Assembly (NCBI RefSeq): GCF_004376175.1
Contig: NZ_SNUY01000021.1
Coordinates: 25,295 to 57,294 of the forward strand
DNA from: Halalkalibacterium halodurans
Lineage (GTDB): Bacteria; Bacillota; Bacilli; Bacillales; Bacillaceae_D
Length of the DNA: 32,000 nucleotides
Direction of reading: 5' to 3'
The translations under genes were made by a program, and so were the position numbers. The notes below the pieces were generated by a model. It was not told the DNA's origin, ran no database searches, and saw only the letters and a list, made by a program, of their open reading frames with translations. The stretch's first letter is position 1. The number at the start of each line of letters is the position of its first letter. Below, piece by piece: positions 20,854-32,000 of this stretch.

Positions 20854-21294
20854 ATGAAACTTCATGAGTTGAAACCTGCAGAAGGATCTCGGAAAGTCCG
20901 TAACCGTGTAGGACGTGGTATCGGCTCCGGTAACGGGAAAACCGCTGGTAAAGGTCATAAAGGACAAAACGCTCGCTCTGGTGGTGGCGTACGTCCAGGT
21001 TTCGAAGGTGGTCAGAATCCACTCTATCGTCGTTTGCCTAAACGCGGATTTACGAACCCAACTAGAAAAGAATTTGCAGTTGTTAACCTTGAAAAGCTTA
21101 ATCGTTTTGAAGATGGGACAGAGGTTTCACCAGAACTTTTGCTTGAAACAGGTGTTGTTAGCAACGCAAAGGACGGCATTAAGATCCTCGGTAATGGTAA
21201 GCTAGAGAAGAAGTTAACAGTGAAAGCCAACAAATTCTCTGCTTCTGCAGTGGAAGCTATTGAAGCTGCCGGCGGGAAAACTGAGGTGATCTAA
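20854..21294 (+). CDS. rplO: 50S ribosomal protein L15
   Basis: [54 protein letters not shown]..., 146 aa. Confidence 0.98.
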   Translation: MKLHELKPAEGSRKVRNRVGRGIGSGNGKTAGKGHKGQNARSGGGVRPGFEGGQNPLYRRLPKRGFTNPTRKEFAVVNLEKLNRFEDGTEVSPELLLETGVVSNAKDGIKILGNGKLEKKLTVKANKFSASAVEAIEAAGGKTEVI

Positions 21295-22586
21295 TGTTCC
21301 GAACGATCTCCAACATTTTTCGAGTGGGTGATTTGCGCCGTAAGGTCATTTTCACCCTGCTCATGCTCATCGTTTTTCGGATCGGAAGTTTTATCCCCGT
21401 TCCAGGTACAAACCGAGAAGTGCTAGATTTTGTCGATCAGGCAAATGCATTCGGTTTTTTAAATACGTTTGGCGGAGGAGCACTTGGGAATTTCTCCATC
21501 TTTGCGATGGGGATCATGCCATACATTACAGCATCCATTGTCATGCAATTATTGCAGATGGATGTCGTTCCGAAATTTGCTGAGTGGGCGAAAGAGGGCG
21601 AAGCAGGGCGTCGTAAGCTAGCTCAATTTACCCGCTATGGAACGATTGTTTTAGGGTTTATTCAGGCACTCGGGATGTCGGTTGGTTTTAACAACTTCTT
21701 CCCAGGATTAATTCCTAATCCAAGCGTGGCGGTGTATCTCTTTATCGCACTTGTCCTTACTGCAGGAACGGCTTTCTTAATGTGGCTCGGGGAGCAGATT
21801 ACAGCTAAGGGAGTCGGAAACGGAATCTCCATTATCATCTTTGCAGGGATTGCTGCTGGAATTCCAAATGGGTTAAATCTCATTTACTCAACACGGATCC
21901 AAGACGCAGGGGAGCAATTGTTCTTGAACATTGTGGTGATCTTGCTGCTTGCTCTTGCGATTCTTGCTATCATTGTGGGCGTTATTTTCGTCCAACAAGC
22001 GTTGCGTAAAATTCCTGTTCAGTATGCCAAGCGTCTAGTAGGGAGAAACCCTGTTGGAGGTCAGTCGACCCATCTTCCGTTAAAAGTGAATGCAGCAGGC
22101 GTTATTCCGGTCATTTTCGCGTTATCGTTATTCATTTTTCCACCAACAGTTGCTGGGCTGTTTGGCAGTGATCATCCGGTCGCTGCATGGGTGATTGAGA
22201 CATTTGACTATACCCACCCGATTGGGATGGCCGTATATGCCTTGCTTATCATCGGATTTACGTATTTCTATACGTTTATCCAAGTCAACCCAGAGCGAAT
22301 GGCGGAGAACTTGAAAAAACAAGGTGGCTATATTCCTGGAATTCGTCCAGGGAAAGCAACGCAGACGTACATCACGCGTATCTTGTATCGTTTAACGTTT
22401 GTCGGATCACTTTTCCTCGCAGTGGTGGCGATCTTGCCGGTATTCTTTATTAAGTTTGCCGACTTGCCACAGGCGATTCAAATTGGTGGTACGGGCTTGC
22501 TCATCGTCGTCGGGGTTGCCCTTGATACGATGAAGCAAATTGAAGCACAGTTGATCAAACGTTCTTATAAAGGGTTTATTAAGTAG
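21294..22586 (+). CDS. secY: Preprotein translocase subunit SecY
   Basis: 430-aa polytopic membrane protein, [38 protein letters not shown].... Its ATG overlaps the rplO TAA by 1 nt. Confidence 0.98.
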   Translation: MFRTISNIFRVGDLRRKVIFTLLMLIVFRIGSFIPVPGTNREVLDFVDQANAFGFLNTFGGGALGNFSIFAMGIMPYITASIVMQLLQMDVVPKFAEWAKEGEAGRRKLAQFTRYGTIVLGFIQALGMSVGFNNFFPGLIPNPSVAVYLFIALVLTAGTAFLMWLGEQITAKGVGNGISIIIFAGIAAGIPNGLNLIYSTRIQDAGEQLFLNIVVILLLALAILAIIVGVIFVQQALRKIPVQYAKRLVGRNPVGGQSTHLPLKVNAAGVIPVIFALSLFIFPPTVAGLFGSDHPVAAWVIETFDYTHPIGMAVYALLIIGFTYFYTFIQVNPERMAENLKKQGGYIPGIRPGKATQTYITRILYRLTFVGSLFLAVVAILPVFFIKFADLPQAIQIGGTGLLIVVGVALDTMKQIEAQLIKRSYKGFIK

Positions 22587-22633
22587 GGGGAGCAGGGAAG
22601 CGTGGTGTCTTCCCGTTCGCCTTCTGTTCTTAA

Positions 22634-24054
<1,421 letters not shown>

Positions 24055-24060
24055 ATGTAG

Positions 24061-24381
<321 letters not shown>

Positions 24382-24385
24382 ATTC

Positions 24386-24604
24386 ATGGCCAAGGAAGAT
24401 GTTATTGAAGTGGAAGGTACGGTAATTGAGCCCCTTCCAAACGCAATGTTCCGTGTTGAACTAGAAAACGGTCATAAAATTCTAGCTCACGTTTCTGGTA
24501 AGATTCGCATGCACTTCATTCGAATCCTTCCAGGAGATAAAGTAACAGTAGAGCTTTCACCTTATGATTTAACACGTGGACGTATCACGTATCGATATAA
24601 GTAA
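24386..24604 (+). CDS. infA: Translation initiation factor IF-1
   Basis: [72 protein letters not shown], 72 aa. Confidence 0.98.
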   Translation: MAKEDVIEVEGTVIEPLPNAMFRVELENGHKILAHVSGKIRMHFIRILPGDKVTVELSPYDLTRGRITYRYK

Positions 24605-24665
24605 AGATTCCTCGAGGTTTGATTATCGAGAACGATAACGAGGCACTCCGGATATAAGGAGGTAA

Positions 24666-24785
<120 letters not shown>

Positions 24786-24807
24786 TTACTAAGGAGGTGC
24801 TCATTGC

Positions 24808-25173
24808 ATGGCACGTATTGCAGGTGTCGATATCCCTCGTGACAAACGAGTGGTCATTTCTTTAACGTACATTTATGGAGTCGGTCGCTCCACTGCACAA
24901 GAAATTCTAGCGAAAGCGAATGTGTCTGAGGATACTCGTGTTCGTGATCTAACAGAAGAAGAGCTTGGTCGCATTCGTAGTGCAGTCGAAGAATTCAAGG
25001 TAGAAGGTGACCTTCGCCGTGAAGTCTCATTAAACATCAAGCGCTTGATTGAAATTGGCGCATACCGTGGCATCCGCCACCGTCGTGGTTTACCAGTTCG
25101 TGGTCAAAATACGAAAAACAACTCTCGTACGCGTAAAGGTCCTCGTCGTACGGTAGCGAATAAGAAAAAGTAG
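24808..25173 (+). CDS. rpsM: 30S ribosomal protein S13
   Basis: [39 protein letters not shown]..., 121 aa. Confidence 0.98.
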   Translation: MARIAGVDIPRDKRVVISLTYIYGVGRSTAQEILAKANVSEDTRVRDLTEEELGRIRSAVEEFKVEGDLRREVSLNIKRLIEIGAYRGIRHRRGLPVRGQNTKNNSRTRKGPRRTVANKKK

Positions 25174-25191
25174 AAAGGGAGGTAGCATAGA

Positions 25192-25581
25192 ATGGCTAAG
25201 AAAACGAACACTCGTAAACGTCGCCAACGTAAAAATGTGGAGACTGGCGTAGCGCACATTCGTTCTACGTTCAACAACACAATCGTGACGATTACAGACC
25301 CTCATGGAAACGCCATTTCTTGGGCGTCTGCTGGGGCTCTTGGTTTCAAAGGTTCTCGTAAATCCACACCATTCGCAGCACAGATGGCTGCTGAAACTGC
25401 TGCAAAAGCAGCAATGGAGCATGGCATGAAGTCAATTGAAGTGTCAGTTAAAGGTCCTGGTGCTGGTCGTGAAGCAGCGATCCGTTCATTACAAGCCGTT
25501 GGATTAGAAGTTAACATGATCAAAGATGTGACTCCTGTTCCACATAACGGTTGCCGTCCGCCAAAACGTCGTCGTGTGTAA
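25192..25581 (+). CDS. rpsK: 30S ribosomal protein S11
   Basis: [48 protein letters not shown]..., 129 aa. Confidence 0.98.
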   Translation: MAKKTNTRKRRQRKNVETGVAHIRSTFNNTIVTITDPHGNAISWASAGALGFKGSRKSTPFAAQMAAETAAKAAMEHGMKSIEVSVKGPGAGREAAIRSLQAVGLEVNMIKDVTPVPHNGCRPPKRRRV

Positions 25582-25746
25582 TTGTGAAAGTCTTGGTATA
25601 GATTTCCTTGATGTGTCAATAATGGGTAAGACGAGTTTACTCAGATTGGCAAGGTGAAACGGTTAGGAACTGCCTAATGGGGATTCCGGTTAGGCCTTTC
25701 CTGGCAGTCTGCCGGAGTTCGACGTTTTGAAGGAGGGTTTGTTTGA

Positions 25747-26691
25747 ATGATTGAAATCGAGAAGCCAGTGATTGAAACGATTGAAATTAGCGAAGATGCT
25801 AAGTACGGAAAATTTGTCGTAGAGCCACTAGAGCGTGGGTATGGGACAACACTAGGAAACTCCTTACGTCGTATCCTCCTCTCTTCACTTCCTGGAGCTG
25901 CGGTTACGTCTGTACAAATCGATGGCGTCCTGCACGAGTTCTCAACCATTGAAGGAGTCGTGGAAGACGTAACAACCATCGTCTTAAACTTAAAGCAACT
26001 CGCGTTAAAAATTTACTCAGACGAAGATAAAACACTTGAAATCGACACACAGGGTGAAGGTGTAGTAACGGCTGGTGACTTAACCCATGATAGTGATGTA
26101 GATGTATTGAATCCAGATCTACACATTGCCACGTTAACAACAGGTGCTCATCTACGGATGCGTATTACGGCGAAACGGGGGCGCGGGTATGTTCCAGCAG
26201 AAGGGAACAAATCGGATGAACTAGCAATTGGTGTGATTCCAATTGATTCGATCTACACTCCTGTCTCGCGTGTAAACTACCAAGTGGAGAATACACGTGT
26301 CGGCCAAGTTACAAACTATGATAAACTAACCCTTGATGTTTGGACTGACGGAAGCATTCGCCCGGAAGAAGCAGTTTCACTTGGGGCCAAAATTTTAACG
26401 GAACACCTGAACATTTTTGTCGGGTTAACCGATCAGGCGCAAAATGCGGAGATTATGGTCGAAAAAGAAGAAGATCAGAAAGAAAAAGTTCTTGAGATGA
26501 CAATTGAAGAGCTTGATCTTTCCGTTCGTTCGTATAACTGTTTAAAGCGGGCTGGTATCAATACGGTACAAGAGCTGACGCAAAAAACAGAAGAAGACAT
26601 GATGAAAGTGCGTAACCTTGGACGTAAATCATTAGAAGAAGTTCAAGAGAAACTGGGTGAGCTTGGACTAGGTCTTCGTAAAGAAGAATAG
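25747..26691 (+). CDS. rpoA: RNA polymerase alpha subunit
   Basis: [65 protein letters not shown]..., 314 aa. The C-terminal domain contains [22 protein letters not shown]. Confidence 0.98.
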   Translation: MIEIEKPVIETIEISEDAKYGKFVVEPLERGYGTTLGNSLRRILLSSLPGAAVTSVQIDGVLHEFSTIEGVVEDVTTIVLNLKQLALKIYSDEDKTLEIDTQGEGVVTAGDLTHDSDVDVLNPDLHIATLTTGAHLRMRITAKRGRGYVPAEGNKSDELAIGVIPIDSIYTPVSRVNYQVENTRVGQVTNYDKLTLDVWTDGSIRPEEAVSLGAKILTEHLNIFVGLTDQAQNAEIMVEKEEDQKEKVLEMTIEELDLSVRSYNCLKRAGINTVQELTQKTEEDMMKVRNLGRKSLEEVQEKLGELGLGLRKEE

Positions 26692-26800
26692 GGTAAGCTC
26701 TCTTGCTACGTCTACGTCCTTCTGCTTCATGTGGATGGACTTCATGTCTTTTATGTAACGTCACTCAATGTTGAGTGTTAAAAAAGGAGGGAAAATCAGC

Positions 26801-27163
26801 ATGGCATACGCAAAATTAGGTCGTGACAGTGCAGCGCGTAAAGCGTTATTGCGTGATCTTGCGACAGACCTTATCATCAACGAGAGAATTGAAACAACTG
26901 AAGCAAAAGCGAAAGAGCTTCGTTCCGTTGTAGAGAAAATGATCACTCTTGGAAAGCGCGGCGATCTTCACGCTCGTCGTCAAGCAGCTGCGTTCATTCG
27001 TCGCGAAGTGGCTGACGAAGAAACAGGCCAAGATGCGATTCAAAAGCTTTTCTCTGATATTGCACTTCGTTATGAAGACCGTCAAGGTGGATACACACGC
27101 GTGTTGAAAGTAGGACCACGTCGTGGAGACGGTGCACCAATGGCGATCATCGAACTTGTGTAA
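26801..27163 (+). CDS. rplQ: 50S ribosomal protein L17
   Basis: [41 protein letters not shown]..., 120 aa. ATG 26801 follows SD AAGGAGGGA. The track start at 26768 is an over-extension. Confidence 0.97.
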   Translation: MAYAKLGRDSAARKALLRDLATDLIINERIETTEAKAKELRSVVEKMITLGKRGDLHARRQAAAFIRREVADEETGQDAIQKLFSDIALRYEDRQGGYTRVLKVGPRRGDGAPMAIIELV

Positions 27164-27183
27164 TCCAAAGGAATAGCGGTAGT

Positions 27184-27238
27184 AAAGGGCCATCCTGATC
27201 TGAGCGGTACGTAAGCTCTGACTCGGAAGCCCTTTTTT
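27184..27238 (+). terminator. Candidate terminator of the alpha operon
   Basis: AAAGGGC (27184-27190) pairs with GCCCTTT (27229-27235), plus TCC/GGA and an inner GAGC/GCTC stem. The hairpin is long and imperfect and ends in a T6 run (27233-27238). Confidence 0.45.
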
Positions 27239-27408
27239 CGCTTTAAGGAAGTTTAACTATCGATAAAGGTTGCATCCGCCATTATAACTTGGCGGCAATC
27301 CACGTCTTTCGAAGCGATAGAAAACATGCCGTTTTGAGCAGATAGAAGAAACGAAAGCTATTAGCGACAGGACTTGCCATCTATAGGCGGAAAAAAGAAG
27401 GTGACGGG

Positions 27409-28245
27409 ATGGAGAAGGGACTTTTACTAGAATCAGTTAGCTATCAATATGACGCGAACGCAGCTCCTGTTCTAAAGGAAATTGATATACATGTTCCTCT
27501 AGGGGAATGGGTGGCCGTGATCGGTCCGAACGGTTCCGGTAAATCCACGCTGGCGAAATTGCTAAATGGATTGCTTCTCCCTACTTCGGGGCGTGTCACC
27601 TTTAACGGCATGTCCACAATGGACGAAGGGACTCACTGGGAGATTCGGCAGCAGATTGGACTTGTGTTTCAAAATCCCGAGCATCAGTTTGTGGCGACAA
27701 CGGTACGCGATGACCTTGCATTCGGTATGGAAAATCGCGGATTTCCTCGAGAGAAGATGATTCAGCGCATCGAAGAGGTTTCCATCCAAGTCGGAATTGA
27801 TCACCTACTAGATGAGGAGCCGCATCGCCTGTCGGGGGGCCAGAAGCAGCGGGTGGCGATTGCCGGGATTCTAGCAGTTGAGCCTAGTGTAATTGTCTTT
27901 GATGAGGCGACGTCCATGCTCGATCCACAAGGACGGAAAGATGTGCTTGAGACGATGAAACAGCTTCATGAAAGCGGGATGACGATCATCTCCATTACTC
28001 ATGACGTAAACGAAGCGAGTCAAGCAGGTCGCGTCTTGTTATTAGAAAAGGGAGAAGTAATGTTAGACGGATCACCCGCCGTTGTGTTTCATGAGCAGGA
28101 TAAGCTAGAGGCCGCAGGAATTGACCGACCGTTTGCCTATCAATTGCAGCTAGCGCTACAAAGCCGAGGAATTCAGCTTGAAGGAGCGCTCTTAAAAAAA
28201 GAAGAATTGGTGGAAGCGCTATGGAAATACAAGTCAAGCAACTAG
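27409..28245 (+). CDS. ecfA1: ECF transporter ATPase subunit EcfA1
   Basis: 278 aa with Walker [10 protein letters not shown], signature LSGGQKQR and Walker [13 protein letters not shown]. Conserved position after rplQ. Confidence 0.93.
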   Translation: MEKGLLLESVSYQYDANAAPVLKEIDIHVPLGEWVAVIGPNGSGKSTLAKLLNGLLLPTSGRVTFNGMSTMDEGTHWEIRQQIGLVFQNPEHQFVATTVRDDLAFGMENRGFPREKMIQRIEEVSIQVGIDHLLDEEPHRLSGGQKQRVAIAGILAVEPSVIVFDEATSMLDPQGRKDVLETMKQLHESGMTIISITHDVNEASQAGRVLLLEKGEVMLDGSPAVVFHEQDKLEAAGIDRPFAYQLQLALQSRGIQLEGALLKKEELVEALWKYKSSN

Positions 28246-29105
28246 AGCATCGCTATATGAAAGGCTCTCCGTTTGAGAAGGTGGCCTTATCGGACGTATC
28301 GTTTACGATTCCTTCAGGCTCCTTTACTGCGATTATCGGCCATACAGGTTCTGGTAAGTCCACATTGGCTCAGCATTTCAATGGATTGCTTCGCCCGTCA
28401 AAAGGGACGGTCCGCCTCGGGGAACTGGAAATCACGGGTGATCAGAAGCCGCCCTCGCTTAAAGAGATTCGGCGTAAGGTCGGCCTCGTCTTTCAGTACC
28501 CAGAGCATCAATTGTTTGAGGAAACCGTGGAGAAGGACATCTGCTTTGGACCGATGAATTACGGTGTAAGTGAAGCGCGGGCGAAAAAGCGAGCCAAGGA
28601 ACTGCTCCATCTTGTCGGCCTGCCGGACACTTACTTGCAAGCTTCTCCATTCTCCTTAAGCGGGGGGCAAATGCGACGGGTAGCCATTGCTGGAGTGCTG
28701 GCGATGGAACCGGACGTCCTCGTTCTCGACGAGCCAACCGCCGGGTTAGACCCAGAAGGTCAGCGGCTCATCATGGACATGTTTTATCGCCTGCACCAGG
28801 AGAAAGAGCTGACGACGGTGCTCGTCACTCATAATATGAGCGATGCTGCCAAGTTTGCCGATCAAATTATCGTCATGAGTCAAGGGAATGTCGCCATGAC
28901 AGGTGACCGCCAGACGGTGTTTGCACGGGCGGACGAGCTGGTAGCCCTTGGCCTTGATGTTCCAGAGACGCTGCAACTGCTACTACAGGTGAAGGAGCGA
29001 TTCGGCTTGCACGACGTACCGCCGTTATTTTCCCTAGAGGAACTAGCCGATTTTCTCGCCAAAGAGCTCCAGCAGAAAGAGGGACAGCCATGTTCCAAAA
29101 TATAA
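28221..29105 (+). CDS. ecfA2: ECF transporter ATPase subunit EcfA2
   Basis: 294 aa with [17 protein letters not shown] and [12 protein letters not shown]. It overlaps ecfA1 by 25 nt. Confidence 0.93.
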   Translation: MEIQVKQLEHRYMKGSPFEKVALSDVSFTIPSGSFTAIIGHTGSGKSTLAQHFNGLLRPSKGTVRLGELEITGDQKPPSLKEIRRKVGLVFQYPEHQLFEETVEKDICFGPMNYGVSEARAKKRAKELLHLVGLPDTYLQASPFSLSGGQMRRVAIAGVLAMEPDVLVLDEPTAGLDPEGQRLIMDMFYRLHQEKELTTVLVTHNMSDAAKFADQIIVMSQGNVAMTGDRQTVFARADELVALGLDVPETLQLLLQVKERFGLHDVPPLFSLEELADFLAKELQQKEGQPCSKI

Positions 29106-29887
29106 TTATCGGTCAATACGTTCCAGGGAACTCGGTGCTTCACCGGCTGGACCCGCGAGCAAAGCTTGTGGCGGTGTTTCTGCTCGTCCTGTTCGTCTTT
29201 TTCGCCAACGATTGGATTAGTTACGGTGTGTTAGTCACCTTCACACTCACCGTCATCCTCCTTTCGCGTGTGCCCCTCTCGTTCATTTATCGAGGGTTGA
29301 GGCCGATTTTATGGCTCGTGCTTTTAACCGTGCTTCTCCATCTTTTGATGACAAAAGAAGGGGCGGTCGTCTTCACCATTGGCGGTTTTACGGTTCACGA
29401 GCAAGGGATCATAAACGGCGTATTTCTATCCATTCGCTTGCTAACGCTTGTGATTCTAACGTCGCTGCTTACTTTAACGACGACGCCGATTCAAGTAACG
29501 GATGGGCTGGAGACGCTATTATCCCCTCTTAAGCGGATCGGCGTACCAGCTCATGAAATAGCGTTAATGATTTCAATCGCGCTCCGATTCATTCCGACGT
29601 TTATGCAAGAAACGGAAAAGATTATGAAGGCGCAAATGGCCCGGGGAGTCGATTTGACGACAGGCCCGATCAAGGAACGATTGAATGCGCTCCTCCCGCT
29701 CCTCATTCCATTGTTTATGAGTGCATTTAAGCGAGCCGAGGATCTTGCTCTTGCGATGGAAGCGAGAGGGTATCGCGGGGGAGAAGGGCGGACCAAATTG
29801 CGCGCCCTTACGTGGAAAGGCCGCGATACGTGGCTGCTCATTGTCGTATGCGCCTTTGGTGTAGGACTATTTCTGTTGCGTGCTTAA
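29090..29887 (+). CDS. ecfT: ECF transporter transmembrane subunit EcfT
   Basis: 265-aa polytopic membrane protein with MARGVD...AMEARGY motifs typical of EcfT/CbiQ. It overlaps ecfA2 by 16 nt. Confidence 0.9.
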   Translation: MFQNIIIGQYVPGNSVLHRLDPRAKLVAVFLLVLFVFFANDWISYGVLVTFTLTVILLSRVPLSFIYRGLRPILWLVLLTVLLHLLMTKEGAVVFTIGGFTVHEQGIINGVFLSIRLLTLVILTSLLTLTTTPIQVTDGLETLLSPLKRIGVPAHEIALMISIALRFIPTFMQETEKIMKAQMARGVDLTTGPIKERLNALLPLLIPLFMSAFKRAEDLALAMEARGYRGGEGRTKLRALTWKGRDTWLLIVVCAFGVGLFLLRA

Positions 29888-29904
29888 AGGAAGGAGAAGG
29901 GATC

Positions 29905-30663
29905 ATGAAGCGAATCGGTCTCAAGGTCGCTTACGATGGAACAGACTTTGCCGGCTATCAAATTCAACCGAATGAGCGAACCGTACAAGGGGAACTGGAG
30001 TCCGTTTTAAAGAACATTCATAAAGGGATGTCCATCCGCGTTACGGCCTCAGGACGGACTGATACAGGCGTCCATGCAAGGGGTCAAATCGTTCATTTTG
30101 ATACTTCTCTCTCCTTTCCGGTGGATAGGTGGCCAATCGCTTTAAACAGCCAGCTACCGGCCGATATTCGCGTGCTAGAGGCTGCGGACGTGCCTGCTGA
30201 CTTTCATGCCCGATATTCGGCGAAAACGAAAGAGTACCGCTATCGCGTCCTGACGAGTGCTCAAGCGGATGTTTTCCGCAGAAACTATACGTATCATGTC
30301 CGCTATCCACTCGATGTGGAGGCGATGCAAAGGGCAGCCGTTCAGCTACTCGGGACTCACGATTTCTCTTCCTTCTGCACAGCAAAAGCCGAGGTGGAGG
30401 ACAAGGTGCGAACGATCGAGGATGTGGCTCTTTGGCGAGAAGGGGATGAGCTGATTTTTTCAATTAGAGGAAACGGCTTTTTGTACAACATGGTACGAAT
30501 CATTGTCGGCACATTGCTGGAAATCGGTGCAGGCAAACGAAGCGCGGAAGAAGTAGCTAAAATATTGGCAGCACGGAGCCGAGAAGCAGCTGGGAAAACA
30601 GCACCAGGCCACGGATTGATCCTCTGGTCGGTCGAATATGACGAATGGCAAGCTGGAAAATAA
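29905..30663 (+). CDS. truA: tRNA pseudouridine(38-40) synthase
   Basis: MKRIGLKVAYDGTDFAGYQIQPNERTVQGELE...GRTDTGVHARGQ (catalytic Asp motif), 252 aa. ATG 29905 follows SD GGAAGGAGAAGG. The track start at 29812 is an over-extension. Confidence 0.95.
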   Translation: MKRIGLKVAYDGTDFAGYQIQPNERTVQGELESVLKNIHKGMSIRVTASGRTDTGVHARGQIVHFDTSLSFPVDRWPIALNSQLPADIRVLEAADVPADFHARYSAKTKEYRYRVLTSAQADVFRRNYTYHVRYPLDVEAMQRAAVQLLGTHDFSSFCTAKAEVEDKVRTIEDVALWREGDELIFSIRGNGFLYNMVRIIVGTLLEIGAGKRSAEEVAKILAARSREAAGKTAPGHGLILWSVEYDEWQAGK

Positions 30664-30693
30664 TAAAACAACGAATCCGTGTGTAACAAAATA

Positions 30694-30722
30694 TTGACTT
30701 TGTGTGTTCATTCATATATGAT
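30694..30722 (+). promoter_or_regulatory. Candidate sigma-A promoter of rplM-rpsI
   Basis: TTGACT (30694-30699), a 17-nt spacer, then TATGAT (30717-30722). Confidence 0.55.
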
Positions 30723-30845
30723 GGTAGATGGTAATTCTGAAACCCCACTAGCCCCGGGTGTGTCGGAATGGTACTAGGACGTGTGTTTATTTGAACATAT
30801 GAACAAAGGAAAAAAGTGATTGTTTTTAATTTAGGAGGGACATTC
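30723..30845 (+). promoter_or_regulatory. rplM 5' leader, the expected location of the Bacilli L13 ribosomal-protein leader
   Basis: About 120 nt of untranslated leader lie between the promoter and ATG 30846. ATTCTG (30734-30739) can pair with CGGAAT (30762-30767) around a C/G-rich loop. The family assignment is not verifiable by eye. Confidence 0.3.
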
Positions 30846-31283
30846 ATGCGTACAACATATATGGCAAAGCCAAACGAAGTTGAGCGTAAGTGGTACGTGG
30901 TTGACGCAGAAGGTCAAACGCTTGGTCGTTTAGCTTCTGAAGTGGCTTCCATCTTACGTGGAAAGCACAAGCCAACTTACACTCCACATGTAGATACAGG
31001 TGACCATGTCATCATTATCAATGCGGAGAAAATTCATTTAACTGGAAACAAGCTTCAAGACAAGATCTACTATCGTCACAGCGGTCATCCAGGCGGTCTT
31101 AAAGAAACGCGCGCGGCAGATATGCGTGCAAACAAGCCTGAAAAAATGCTTGAGCTTGCCATCAAAGGCATGCTTCCAAAGAACACGCTTGGACGTAAGC
31201 AAGGCATGAAACTTCATGTTTATGCAGGTAGCGAACATAAGCACCAAGCACAAAAACCAGAAGTGTACGAACTTCGCGGATAA
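30846..31283 (+). CDS. rplM: 50S ribosomal protein L13
   Basis: [62 protein letters not shown]..., 145 aa. ATG 30846 follows SD AGGAGGGA. The track start at 30816 is an over-extension. Confidence 0.97.
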
Positions 31284-31298
31284 TAGGAGGGTATTATT

Positions 31299-31691
31299 TT
31301 GGCACAAGTACAATACTACGGTACAGGTCGCCGCAAGCATTCAGTCGCTCGTGTTCGTCTCGTACCTGGCGACGGAAACATTGTGATCAACGGCCGTTCT
31401 TTAGATGAATATTTCGGACTTGAAACATTAAAATTGATCGTTAAGCAACCTCTAGTGGAAACAGGCACAGAAGGACAATACGATGTGCGTGTAAACGTAG
31501 ATGGTGGTGGCTTCACAGGTCAAGCGGGTGCAATCCGTCACGGAATCGCTCGTGCGCTTCTTCAAGTGGACCCTGAATATCGTCCATCGCTTAAGAGCGC
31601 AGGCTTCTTAACGCGTGACGCGCGTATGAAAGAACGTAAGAAATACGGTCTTAAAGCCGCTCGTCGTGCACCTCAGTTCTCAAAACGTTAA
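31299..31691 (+). CDS. rpsI: 30S ribosomal protein S9
   Basis: TTG start at 31299 after SD AGGAGGG. (M)[33 protein letters not shown]...RRAPQFSKR, 130 aa. Confidence 0.97.
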   Translation: MAQVQYYGTGRRKHSVARVRLVPGDGNIVINGRSLDEYFGLETLKLIVKQPLVETGTEGQYDVRVNVDGGGFTGQAGAIRHGIARALLQVDPEYRPSLKSAGFLTRDARMKERKKYGLKAARRAPQFSKR

Positions 31692-31694
31692 TAG

Positions 31695-31716
31695 AAACAT
31701 TGATATATCAGTGTTT
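31695..31716 (+). other. AT-rich hairpin directly after the rpsI stop
   Basis: AAACATTGATA/TATCAGTGTTT is a near-palindrome (one G-U). The T6 run follows only at 31724-31729, after ACAGAGC, so terminator function is doubtful. Confidence 0.3.
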
Positions 31717-31729
31717 ACAGAGCTTTTTT

Positions 31730-31759
31730 GGTTCAAGTTGGTTCAAATCAACTTGAACC
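31730..31759. repeat. Perfect 11-bp-stem palindrome between the rpsI and recombinase gene ends
   Basis: GGTTCAAGTTG (31730-31740) pairs with CAACTTGAACC (31749-31759) around an 8-nt loop. GGTTCAA also occurs twice in direct orientation (31730, 31740). The element abuts the recombinase stop codon at 31760-31762. Confidence 0.7.
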
Positions 31760-32000
31760 TTATAAAGCACTTAACAGATTTAAAGCATCGGCATCTTGCT
31801 GGTGCTTTTTTTCTGGCATTAATTCCAGATAATAATTCTGTGTAGTTTGTATGTTTATGTGTCCTAATCGTTTGATGACGTAAAATATTTTGTGTAAGCC
31901 CTTGAAAACATAAAAATAGGTAGGGTATCCTCGGAATTGTCGAGATTCCATAAGAGAGGAGTAATCCCTACCTATGTCATCAAGTATAAACAATTCCGAC
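31760..32000 (-). CDS. Tyrosine recombinase/phage-type integrase, C-terminal part (5' end beyond window; possibly degenerate)
   Basis: The frame is open to the window edge (...SELFILDD...). The C-terminal KRLGHINIQTTQNYYLEL matches the LGHxxxxTTxxY catalytic-Tyr box of tyrosine recombinases (compare XerD LGHSDLSTTQIYTHV). The upstream HxLRH box is poorly recognisable (RQFRGYPTY). Confidence 0.6.
   Translation of the reverse strand, partial: SELFILDDIGRDYSSLMESRQFRGYPTYFYVFKGLHKIFYVIKRLGHINIQTTQNYYLELMPEKKHQQDADALNLLSAL

Noticed and set aside
27241-27408. Hairpin CCGCCA-TTATAACT-TGGCGG (27276-27295) and CTATCG/CGATAG pairing in the 245-bp rplQ-ecfA1 spacer, considered as a possible riboswitch.
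   Set aside because: I recognise no riboswitch core motif. ECF energising modules are not generally known to be riboswitch-controlled. This is more likely part of the terminator/promoter region, and I keep it only as a note.

Overview
This window is the core transcription/translation gene cluster of a Bacillaceae-type Firmicute. All conserved genes are on the + strand and colinear with the B. subtilis rpoB...rpsI region. The order is: rpoB (3' end)-rpoC; ybxF(L7Ae)-rpsL-rpsG-fusA-tuf (str); rpsJ...rpsQ (S10); rplN...rplO-secY-adk-map (spc); ybzG-like-infA-rpmJ-rpsM-rpsK-rpoA-rplQ (alpha); ecfA1-ecfA2-ecfT-truA; rplM-rpsI. Several longest-ORF starts in the supplied track are N-terminal over-extensions, and I re-set them using SD spacing and the conserved N-termini. 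rpmJ (37 aa) is missing from the track and was found by hand. Three stretches are not ordinary. (1) A 1,983-bp IS1182-type insertion sequence (9215-11197) lies 13 bp after the tuf stop codon. It has perfect 16-bp terminal inverted repeats, its own strong terminator just inside the left end, a nested GC-rich palindromic cassette flanked by a 10-bp direct repeat, and a fold-back that can hide the transposase RBS. (2) A roughly 0.7-kb stretch (11198-11913) has no ORF of 60 aa or more. It sits between the IS and the S10-operon promoter, where B. subtilis carries ybaC. (3) The 3' end of a tyrosine-recombinase gene converges on rpsI at the right window edge, next to a perfect palindrome. I found no rRNA, tRNA or CRISPR array. 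I also found no multi-gene cassette resembling an undescribed defence or accessory system, so the findings below are small-scale (mobile-element architecture, leaders, one active-site oddity). No homology or RNA-family search could be run. All family names come from my own recognition of the translated sequences.
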